Shown here: in pieces, positions 38,320 through 49,569 of the stretch
How the letters are laid out: the number at the start of each line of letters is the position of its first letter
How positions within the stretch are numbered: position 1 is the first letter of the stretch
Assembly (NCBI RefSeq): GCF_020745735.1
Contig: NC_083449.1
Coordinates: forward strand, 7,662,923 to 7,726,922
Source: Hemiscyllium ocellatum
Taxonomy: Eukaryota
Direction: 5' to 3'
DNA length: 64,000 bases
Notes under the pieces: generated by a model
Told to the model about the DNA's origin: nothing
Databases searched by the model: none
The model's input: only the letters and a program-made list of their open reading frames with translations
Position numbers and translations under genes: made by a program

Positions 38320-41300
38320 TTCCCAATTATATACCTACCTCCCTTTTCCATTGGATTGCTAACACTGGCTAGCCCCCAATCTGTAAATTATTGCAGAGCC
38401 CATAGAATCTTGGAACATGACCACCACTGCATCCACTATTACTTAGTCCACTACATTAAATAGTCTGGGACATAGATGATCAAGGCCTGGTGTTTCACAA
38501 CATTCAATCCTATCCATTGTCCCACCATCATTTCCCTAATAATACTGATTGGTTCAGTTTCTCCCTCTCAATAAACTCCGTAACATTACTACTGTGTTAG
38601 TAGTGTGAACATTTGTGAACAAAGAACAACAGTATGTTAGGATTTGTGAGACATTCTGTTCCCAATTTTGAACTCCCCTGTTTCATGCTGTAAGTGACAT
38701 GAGGTCCTTTTTACCAATGTGTTCATTTCTCTCTTTACACATTTCTCGGTGTTTCAGCAGTTTTTTTTAATGGCTTCCACAACATTATTCTTTTCTTCAT
38801 TTGTTCTTTATTGGTCAAATTCCTTTTTGCTGTAATTTGCTGAATTTGGATCTGTTTGCAGCCTTCTCATCCTTTGCTGTATTTCTTCCCAAATTGTAGG
38901 CCTTTTCTTTGTACCAAAAACTATCTTGAATAGCCGTTTCAAGTTTCACAGCATCCTTTCTATAGGAGAGAGACCAGAATTGCACATAATATTCCAAAAG
39001 TGGCATAACCAATGTTCTGTACACACACAGCATGTTCTTCTAAGTCACATACTCAAAGCTCTGGCCAGTAAAGGAAAACATATCAAATGCCTTTTTTGCT
39101 ATCCTATCTAACTATAACTCCATGTTCAGGCAACAATGAACCTGCATTCCAACGTCACTTTGTTCAGCAACACTCCACAGGAGCTTAATATTAAGTGTGT
39201 AAGTCCTGCCCTGATTTGCCTTTCCAAATTGCAGCACCTCATATTGATAAAAATTGAACTCAATATGCCACTACTGGGTCTAATGGCCCATCAGATCGAA
39301 TTCCTGCTGTATTCTGAGGTAGCCTTCTTTGCTGTTTACTACACCTCCAATTTTTGTGTAATCTGCAAACTTACCAACAATACCTGCAACCTCACATCCA
39401 AATCATTCATAATAATGTGTACGTGCTGGTGCTGGACTGGGGTGTGAAAAGTTAAAAATGACGCAACACCAGGTTGTAGTCCAACAAGCTTTCTGAATAC
39501 AGACATCTGATGGAGAAGCAGCAGTCCAGAAGTTTGTACTTCCAAATAAACCTGTTGGACTATAACCTGGTGTTGTGTAAATTTTTCACTAAAATTATTT
39601 GTAAAAATGATGAAACGCAGTGGACTCAGCAGTGATCCTTGTAGCACATTTGTCACAAGCCTCCAGTCTGAAAAGCATCCCTCCACCACCGCCTTCTGTC
39701 TTCTACCTTCGAACAAGTTCTGCATCCAAATGGTTGGTTCTCCCTGTATTCCATGTGATCCAATTTTACTAACCAATTTCCCATGGGAAACCTTGTCAAA
39801 CACCTTATTGAAGGCCATATAGATCACATCCACCACTTTGCCCTCATCAGTCCTCTTCCTTATCAATTAAAAAAAACTCAGCCAAATTAATGATATATGA
39901 TTCCCTATGCCGAAAGCCATGTTGACTACCCCTAATCAATCCAGGCCTTTCAAAAAGATGTAAATCCTGTATCTTACAATCTCCTCAACTGTTTGCCTAC
40001 TGTCGATGTTACGCTCACTGCTCAATAGTTCCCTGGCTTTTCCTTACAACCTTTCTTCAATAGTGGCACCACGTTAGCCAGCCTCTAGTCTCTTTGCACC
40101 TCACTTGTGACTATTGATGATACAAATATCTCAGCAAGGGGCCCAACAATCACTTCCTTGGCTTATCTTCGTGTTCCAGGGTACATGTGATCATGTGCTT
40201 GTGCTTTATCCACCTTTTCTATTTAAAAACATTCAGCAGCACCTCCTCTGTATTATGGACATTTTTCAAGATGTCACCATTTGTTTCCCCACATTCTATA
40301 TCTTCCATTTCCTTCTCCTCAGTAAGCACTCGCTTAGTATCTCCCACATTTCCTGTTGTTCCACACATAGGCTGCCTTGTTAATCTTTGCGGGCCCTATT
40401 CTTTCTCTGGTTACCTTTTTGACCTTCATATATTTATAAAATCTAGTTGAATTCTCCTTAACACTATTTGCCAAAGCTATGTTATGTCTCTTTTTTGCCC
40501 TCCTGATTTCCTTTTTAAGTATATCCTACTGCCTTTATACTCTTTGGATGATTCACTCAACTCTGCTGTATTTAACAAACATATGCTTCCTTCTATTTGG
40601 ACCAAAACCTCAATTTCTTTTCTCATGCAGCACTTCCTACACCTACCAGTCATGCCTTTCATCCTAACAGGAACATTCTGTCTCTGGACCCTCGTTTTGT
40701 CATTTTTGAAGGCTTTCCATTTTTCAGCCATCCCTTCGCAAGTGAACATCTGCCCTCAGTCAACTTTTGAAAGTTCTTGCACAATACTCTCAAAATTGGC
40801 CTTCCTCCAAATTAGAAATTTAACTTTTAGATCTGGCCTATCCTTTTCTGTCACAGTTTTAAAACTAATAAAAATAATGGTCGCTGGCCCCAAAGTGCTC
40901 CCCACTGACATATCATTATATCCCAAGAGTAAGTCAAGATTTGCACTTTGTCTACAAGTTACATTGACAAACTTAATCAGAAAAATTTCTTGTACACACT
41001 TAAGAAATTCCTGTCATATGGCAGTCCTAATCTACGTTTGGAATGTTAAAATCCCTCACCATAACCACACCATTATTCCTGCAGATCTAAGATCTCCTGA
41101 CAAATTTGTTTCTCAATTTCCTGCTGACTGTTGGGGTGTCTGCAGTCCAATCCCAATAAGATGATCAAATCCTTTCTTATTTCTCAGTTCCACCCAAATA
41201 TTTTCCATGGGTATAAGCCCAAGAATATCCTCCCTCAGTAAAGGTGTGATCTTATCTCTTAACAAACATGTCACTCCCCATGAGACCCCCTCCTCTTATC

Positions 41301-42315
41301 TTTCCTATAATTTAATTCCTGTAACATTAAGCTGCCAGTTGTGTCATCCCCAAACCATGTCTCCGTAATTGCTATGATATCCCAATTCCAATCCCATTTT
41401 CCTAACCATGAATTCATCCTCCTTCCCTGTTAGGCCTCTTGCATTGAAATAAATGCAGTTTAAGTTATCAATCCTATCTCATTCTCTGCTATGTTCCTGT
41501 CTGGCCTTGGTGATTGACTTAGATTGATCTCTCTGTTCACTATCTCCCTAGTTCCCACTGACCTCTCCTCACCCCCACACCTTACCAGATTCGATTACTT
41601 ACAGTGTGGAAACAGGCCCTTCGGGCCAACAAGTCCACACTGACCCACCGAAGCACAACCCACCCAGACCCCATTCTCCTACATTTACCCCTTCACCTAA
41701 CATTATAGGCAATTTAGCATGCCAATTCACCTAACCTGCATATCAGTGTGGGAAGAAACCGGACCACCCGGAGGAAACCCACGCAGACACGGGGAGAATG
41801 TGCAAACTCCACGCAGTGAGTCGTCTGAGGCGGGAACTGAACCCGTTCTAGCGCTGTGAGGCAGCAGTGCTAACCACCGTGCCACCCACCAGTTTAACCC
41901 CTCCCCAGCAGCTCAAGGAAATGTTCCTACAAGTATATTAGATCCCTTCCAATTAAGGTACAATGCTTTCTTTCTAGGTCATTTCTTGCCCAGAAGAGAT
42001 TCCAATGGTCCGAATATGGGAGCACCTCTCCCCTGCACCAGTTCCTAAGTTTGGCGTTCCTCTGCTCTATTATCCTATTCCTTCCCTCACTCGCTCGTAG
42101 CAGCGGGCGTAATCTAGATATTACTACCGGAGCGGACCTCCTTTCTACATTCTTGCCTCTCTTCCTTATTCATTCTTCGAAATCTCATCCCTTTCCCTTC
42201 CTGTGTAGTTAGTTACAATGTATACTCCCCTTTGGGAATATCCTGCATTCTTTCCGCGATATCTTTGATCTTGACACCAGGAAGGCAACACATTATTCTG
42301 ATTTCTCGCTGTCGG
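38320..42315 (-). mobile_element. Old CR1 LINEs (ORF1 to RT) with nested Penelope-derived element (39425-39590) and HE1 SINE (41587-41887)
   Basis: RT/APE peptides in the ORF track; homology to other CR1 copies. Confidence 0.85.
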
Positions 42316-43237
42316 CCTGTTCCTGCCGTTGATAAAGAGATTCGAGTTTTGTAAGTTGTAAAAGGAGGACCTTCCAAATCGCGACTACTTCCATCTAAAA
42401 AGATAAAGGCAGCTCATGTCAGTGAGCACCGCCTTGATATCGGACAAGTTCCCCTCCAAGGCACTCACCATGCTGACTTGGAAATAAAACCACTTTCTTT
42501 CACTGTGAATGCATCAAGATCCTGGTACTCTTGTGTTCACGGCATTGTGAGCAGCACATGGACAACAGCTGTTCCAGAAGATAGCTCACTACCGCCTTCT
42601 CAAAGGGATGGAGAATCAATTCTCAGCCAGCGACATCCACGTCCCAGGAGTGGTCTCTCGTTGTGGCATAAATACATCACAAGGTTTCTGTCTGCAACAT
42701 ACATGACACTAAAATCTGTCATCCACGACAAACTAAACCGAGTCCCAGAGATGCCATTGCACACCTGGTGTGACTTTTGCACGGCCCTCCTGACCCAGGA
42801 ATAAGCTCTGACACTGTGACGCAAGACTCTCTCCATCAGTAATTTTCTGCCTTCGTAAGAATGTTCGACTTATTCCATCTCTTTGTATGTTACTTTAGAC
42901 AAGGAGTTAATATTCGTGGATGAGAGGTCAGCAGGATTAAATACCACAGTTAACATTCGATCAGACGTGATGTTATCGAATGGGGGAGCACAGGGGATGG
43001 GGAGAGTGACCGCCAGCTTCTCCGCGTCCTGATCAGATTGTGAGAGAGCCGGAGGGAGATGTTATTAACATGAGCCGGGAATGAGCACCATTGGAGCTTC
43101 ATAAAGGGACAATGTCCCAGCTTGAAACCTTCTCTGCCCTTTCCCTCACAACTCCAGTTGCTTTGGTCAAACTGGGAGAAAAGGGAATTGGGGAAATGAC
43201 CAATTGATGTTTGTTTCTGGGAAGCATCGGGAAAACA

Positions 43238-43292
43238 ACGCATGCGCAATGCCCCCATGCTGATAGCTCATGACGAGAGGAGCGCATGCGTG
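43238..43292 (+). promoter_or_regulatory. Two NRF1-type sites (CGCATGCGCA, GCGCATGCG)
   Basis: 43239-43248 and 43282-43290, immediately upstream of the conserved exon-1 module. Confidence 0.65.
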
Positions 43293-43477
43293 AGGCCCTC
43301 CCCCAGCGCTGCCATTGAGGAGCATTTACTCAGTGAGTGCAAGAGGTTTGTTTGAAACAGACCGCAATGGAGAGATCAGCGCCCAGGGAAGGGAGGGAAC
43401 AGCAGGCTCCTTCCAGCAGCACATCGGGATGGGAGCCTGGGACACAGGGGGGGCTCCGAGACCGGGATTGATTCGGG
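43293..43477 (+). other. Putative exon 1 of the spliced module, copy C (intact)
   Basis: ATGs at 43367 (GCAATGG) and 43429; donor CGGG|GTGAGT at 43478; start boundary approximate. Confidence 0.65.
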
Positions 43478-44129
43478 GTGAGTTCAGGGAGAAGCGGGGG
43501 CTGTTTGTAAGAGGCCGAGCGGAGCAGGAACTGGTCCCGGAACTTGGAGTGAGCGGGCTGGGGGGAAGAGAGAGGCCTTTCTCGGGCTGTGTGTGGGCCT
43601 GCTGAGGGAGGCAGAGCGGGAAGAAGCTGCTGTGGGACATTCTTGGGGTTTTTAATCGCCTAAACACTGATGGGAATTCATTGTTTTGACTTCTGTTTCA
43701 CACTTGTTGTTGCGAATAGACGTTGAAATAAAGGACAGTAGAAACAAATGTGATTATCCTGTGAAGGGTAAATATAGCAGGTACCGGGAAACGTCTCAAA
43801 GTATGTGAAATCGTGTCCAGTGTTCGTCTTTCAACAGGCGGTGTATTGGGAGTTGGATATTGAGCTGTGTAATCGTTTCATTTATGTAGATGTTCGTGTG
43901 TTGATTAGTTTATTTTTATCAAAGTAAAATGTTTTTGAATGTCGCAAATAGAAAAAGACTCGAAGGTGCTCAGGGCTCAAGTGGAACCAGTATCTACACT
44001 AATCACCTTTTATCTTGTTCAAAACAAAGAATTATAATGATCATGACCTGAATATTGCATTGATCATTTGATGTCTTCCTACTCAGCTGCTCGTGATTTA
44101 CAGGAGCTCTCTCTTTTGCCTTTCTCCAG

Positions 44130-44184
44130 GCAAATATTTGATGGATCAATCCAAGTGTGACCAGCTGCTTCTTTCAACCAGCAG
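44130..44184 (+). other. Putative exon 2, copy C (55 nt; in-frame 27-nt deletion)
   Basis: ctctctcttttgcctttctccAG|gcaaatat...ccagcag|GTATGT. Confidence 0.65.
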
Positions 44185-45689
44185 GTATGTTACCACTGTC
44201 AGAGTGGAGAATGTCCTTTCCACTGTCTGAGTGGATTGAGTCAGATGCACATTGAGCTCAATTTCTAGAAGTACACATTCAATGCAAGAGTTAAACACAA
44301 CTGATGATATATAAATCTATATTATTTCACTCAGTTCTCAATGCATACCACCTCAGTGACGGTAAATTCCATTATTCAAAGTCAATTATCATTCATAAGA
44401 ATAGAAGCAGGTTAGACTGTATGCTTGTAATAAATAGACATTTGAGTTGCATTAAATCCATATGTAGAATAGGCATTTTTAAAGTTATAATCAATAATCA
44501 ATCATGCTGTTACATTGTTATAACAAGTATATATGAAGTTGATATTGAGTGCAGATATAGAAGCAAAGTTGGACATTGAGTAACTGAGCAAGACAAATTT
44601 ACTCTTTTGATAAATAGTTGTCCTGGATAAAGACAATAATCAAACAATGTAAATTCCAAATGAACCTCTTGGTCAAGCCTGATCTACAGAGGATGCTTCA
44701 AGAGAGGATGCTTAATGCTCATTCACACACATCCGTCTCTGTCTCTCAGCCTGGTGTTGATGAAAACACTTTATCCACACTCCCATTCTGGTTGAGGGCC
44801 TGAGTAATGCAGAAGCATTTCCATACTTTTTAAATGTATGAAACTCTCTTAATAAGACATTAAACCCACCTCATAGAGTGCATCAGATCATGACATACAG
44901 GACTGGAAACACAAGGAGACAAATAGACAATGTCGGTGTGATATAGACCAGTACCACTCTTCAAAGTGATACAGATTGGCAGCACAACAGAAAACTCACT
45001 CTCACTCAGCCAGTTAATGGTTAAAGGGAGAATAATGTAATTTAGGCCCACAAGTACTTCAGATATGAACAGTCATCAATTGACTGACCAAATTATTAAT
45101 TGCTTCAGAGGATGTTAGTGTTAGATATTACGTTATTGCAGTGTCCAGCAGCAACTAACAAAGATTAGTACACACACAAAATGTAAAAATAAAACTGAGA
45201 TTGAATACAGTAAAATTCAAATTCTTGGCAAAGGTAAGTATTGAACCAACATTAATCCCTTAATCACACAGGTTTAGCAAACATTGAACTGATTTATCCT
45301 ACACCCTGACTGAAAATACACATCTGAACGTCGAAATTGAATGGCATCCGTATAGTCGACTCATCAATGTACACTGAGCAAAACTGGCACTCTAGGTATT
45401 CAAAGGCTGATAACTGCATAACTAATCTCAAATTGGCATTTACACCAAGACACGGGCAGTGAGTGGATGAAGTTCAAAACAGTTGAAAGTTGAAGTTGAA
45501 ATTAGTACGGAGAACAGATAAAGAATAGAATGTCCCAGTGCAGACACAACAGGCTGAATGGTAGTATCAATACTGAGATTGAGTCATTAATCACCAAATG
45601 CATCAGAGATTCAGGCCCAATTGCAACACCCTGAAAAACTGCTATCATAGATTGAATCACAGTCACAGAGAACTTTTTTTTTCCCAGTT

Positions 45690-45900
45690 CAGTCATGGGA
45701 TGGGGGCATCAGTGGCTCGGCCAGCATTTATTGCACATCCCTAATTGCCCATGCAGTACTTAGGAGTCAAACACATTGATGTGTGTGCAGTCACATGCAG
45801 GCCAGACAAGGGAAGGATGGCAGTTTCCTTCATTCAAGGACATTACTGAACCAGATGAGTTTTTCTGGAAATCAACAATAGATTCATGGACATCATTAGA
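45690..45900 (-). mobile_element. SINE fragment sharing its tail with the LINE at 1-455
   Basis: ccagcatttattgcacatccctaattgccc; cagtttccttc...gaaccagatg. Confidence 0.6.
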
Positions 45901-46609
45901 CTCTTATAATATTATTGGCTGCCAGACAATTGAGCAACTTTGATATATAAGAGTTAAAATGACTGGAACTCATTGAGAACTTCAGTCACACAGCAGAAAC
46001 TGGCAAATATGGATCAATTCCTAAATTCACACATGGACACAGCAGAAATTGACATGTATACATCAAGTCCTAAACTCTCGTATGGACACAACTGAAACTG
46101 ACTGTCATAGATTGATATCTGCTCTCACATATTCGCATTGCAGAAACTGAAAGGGAGAGAACAATAATCATGCACACACATAAGACAGGTACAGGCTGAT
46201 AACTAGACTAACACATTCACATCGCAAAACCTGACAGGTATAGTATGATAAATAAATTTGCATATTTATAAACAAGAAGCTGATAGATACAAATTAGTAA
46301 CTGCACTCTCAGATGCACAGAGCAGAATCTGACAGAGGCAGGTTGGTTAATAACTCACATGTGCAGGTGGCAGTAAATTTCAGAGAAAGATTGACAACTA
46401 CACTCTCATATTCACAAAGCAGAAACTGACAGAATTGATTATGCTCCCAATTTTAAATCACCTTTATTGACATGGACACTTGAGTAACAACACTCACGTA
46501 TTCACAGAGAAGAAACTGACAGGTAGAGATTGATAACAAAACAAAAATTGGTGGAAAATTCACAGGTGTGGCAGGTCTAGTGACTGGTCCTCAACTGATA
46601 GTGGCAAGG

Positions 46610-47110
46610 AAAATGCACACAATGTGATCTCCTCTATGTTGGAGAAACTGAACACAGAGTGAGTGTCCATTTTGCAGAACGCCTACATTCTATCCACACA
46701 AAAAGACCCTGAGCTTCCAGTTGCCTGTCATTTCAACTCACCACCCTGTTCCCTGGCCAACATCTCTGTCTCAGGCTCGCTGCAGTGCTCTAGTGAAGAT
46801 CAGTGCACGCTTGAAGAACAGCACAGGTTGGGAACTCGACAGCCTTCTGGACTCAGTATTATGTTCTATAACTTTAAGTCTTGAGATCTCATTTCATTAC
46901 CCAGAACAACACATATCCGACCTTGTTAACATATAGTCTGCTGTTATACACCACCAATTCTTAGCCACTTACAGGCCTTATTAATAGGCTGACAGTTATC
47001 CATTCCTTTGTCTGTCCGACTGTTCTTCTCTTTCTTTGGGCTATATCTCAATCTGTCTTTTACTCGTCACCCTTCCACCCAGCCTATCTTCTATATAAAA
47101 ACTAATATTT
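46610..47110 (+). mobile_element. Penelope-like element GIY-YIG endonuclease remnant and 3' region
   Basis: QCDLLYVGETE...FAE...PELPVACHFNS...EEQH..LGTRQPSGL. Confidence 0.82.
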
Positions 47111-47139
47111 TCCTAGCTACCACCAGAAAACACAGCAGT

Positions 47140-47597
47140 TTGAATACACCACCCAACAAACTCAAGAACAGCTTCTCTGCTGTTATCAGACCTTTGAACG
47201 GACTGCTCAAATTTTAAGGTGAAAGTGGGTACTGCAGATGCTGGAGATTAGAGTCAAGATTAGAGTGGTGCTGGAAAAGCACAGCAGGACAGGCAGCATC
47301 GGGGGAGCAGGAAAATTGACATTTCAGGTATTCCTGATGAAAGGCTTTTGCCCGAAACATTGTTTTCCCTGCTCCTCAGATGTTGCCTGATCTGCTGTAC
47401 TTTCCCAGCACCACTCTAATCTCGCTCAAATTTTAACATTAATCTCTCTCTCTTTGCAGCTTTAATACTGTATTGCGGATTCTGTTCTATTACCCTGATG
47501 CATTTTGTATGATATTATCTGCCTGTAAAGCACACAAAATAACACTTTCCTTTGTACTTCAGTGTGTGTGAGAATAATAAATCCGATCAAATTAAAT
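47140..47597 (+). mobile_element. Rex1/Babar-like LINE 3' end with nested Penelope-derived palindrome (47218-47423, 13-bp TSD gctcaaattttaa)
   Basis: caagaacagcttc...gctgttatcaga; TSD seen directly; family assignment from memory. Confidence 0.6.
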
Positions 47598-48492
47598 GGA
47601 TAACTACACTCTCATATTCATATAGCAGAATCTGAAAAGTACCAGTTGGTAAATACAGTCACACAAACTGACAGGAAAAGATTAATAAATACACTCAAAT
47701 ACTGACATTACAGAACCTGACAGAGAAAGATTGACAACTAAACTCTCTCATTCACAAAGCAGGAACTGATAGCGACAGGTGAAAACTCAGCTCACACAAT
47801 CGCATAGTAGAAACTGAAGGATCAACAGTTACACAAACATATTCACCAAGCAGAAACTGACAGCTACAGATTGACAACAATATTTATGTATTCACACAGC
47901 AGAGTCAGAAAGATACAGATTGACGGTTACACTCACTTTGACAAAGAAGAAATTGACAGGTCTCTACAGTAATAACTGTACTCCCACATTCACACCGCTG
48001 AAACTAACAGCTATTGTTTGATTAATACACCCACATTCACAGAGCAGCAGCTGATGGATACTGATCAATAACTATTCACGTTTTGATAGGGAAGAAGCTG
48101 ACAGGGTCAGATCAGTATCTATTCTCTCATATTGACATAGTAGAAACAGATTGACAATGACACTCTGGGGTCAAATAGATAGTGTTTGATAATTGCAGAT
48201 ACTGTTTGATAATTGCACTCACATATTGATATAGAATAAACTAACAGGTAGAGATAAATATCTACATTCTGACAGAATAAACTGATGGATACAAATTGAT
48301 GACTGCATTTATTATTCGTTCAGCAGAAACTGACAGGTAGAGACTAATATCAAAACTCTCATTCTCATAGCTGAGACTGACAGGTTCAGGTTGATAACTA
48401 CACTCTCAGATATACAGCAGAAACTGTTCGGAACAGATTGGTGAGTAACACATGTTCGCTGGGCAGAAACTGACAGGTATATATTGAGGGTG

Positions 48493-48798
48493 ATATGGTG
48501 GTTTAGTGGATAGCACTGCTGCCTCACAGCACCAGGGTCCCTGGTTCGATTCCAGCCTTGGGCGACTGTCTGTGTGTAGTTTGCAAATTCTCCCCGTGTC
48601 TGTGTGGGTTTCCTCCAGGTGCTCCAGTTTCCTCCCACAGTCCAAAGATGTGCAGGTCAGGTGAATTGGCCATGCTAAATTGCCCATAGTGTTAGGTGCA
48701 TTAGTCAGAGGGAAGTGGGTCTGGATGTGTTACTCTTCAGAGGATTGGTGTGGACTGGTTGGGCTGAAGGGCCTGTTTCCACACTGTAGGAATCTAAT
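48493..48798 (+). mobile_element. HE1-type SINE
   Basis: agcactgctgcctcacagc...gaagggcctgtttccacactgta. Confidence 0.9.
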
Positions 48799-49569
48799 TG
48801 GAAAAAAAATTGGAATAATTAAACTCGCATATCTACATCTGAGGAACACATAGGGACTGATTCTATTTATTTAAAATGTATGAAATGGATTTATCAACCA
48901 GTCCCTGGCAGTTTCCTCTATGTGGATACACAAGTTCAGTTACCATTCTTCACCTGTCAGTTTATGCTATGTGAATGTATGAGTGTAGTTATCAGTCTGT
49001 CCCTATTTGTCTCTGTGTTGAGAAAATGTAAATATATTTACCAGAGAGTGACAGGGACAGATTGAGAACTGCATTCACTCGCATATTTGCATAGATTATG
49101 TGAATTGATAATTACAGTTTGATAATTACACTCAGATATTCACAGAGCAGCATTTAACGGGTACATGTTGATTATTGTCCTCACACATTCACTGAGCAGG
49201 AACTGACAGCTCTGGATAGATAAGGAAACTTTCATATCTAGACACTTACTGGCATCAGATTATCCCATTTGTAGAGGTGTTGTTCGTATCTGTTTCTCAG
49301 TAAATTGGTAAAGTTTCTTTGATACAATCACTAAAGAGCAGCTCAGGCCAAGAGAATCAGCCCTGTGATCCTGTTGGAATTGCTGTCTTGAAGGAAAAAC
49401 AGCCTAATGATTATTAAATTGACTTCATTTAATTCCTCTCTGGAATTAAATTTCCAGAGAGAAATTTTCAAATCAAGAGTCAACTATCTTGGAGGAATTA
49501 CAATTTTTTTTCTCTCTCTCCATTCTTTACGTAAATCACCCCATTTGCCAATAATTGTTATAATTCACA

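Larger units (their letters stand above)
45960..49215. repeat. ~49-bp array in the opposite orientation (interrupted 46545-47590 and 48493-48800)
   Basis: Repeating cagaaactgacaggta-agattgataactacactc. Confidence 0.85.

Noticed and set aside
42440-42836. Minus-strand GTGAGT donor and ORFs suggesting a divergent gene from the 43.2 kb promoter
   Set aside because: The donor and much of the sequence belong to the LINE 3' tail also seen at 200-450
43322-43345. IRE-like CAGTGA loop in exon 1
   Set aside because: No 5-bp upper stem or bulged C at the required position
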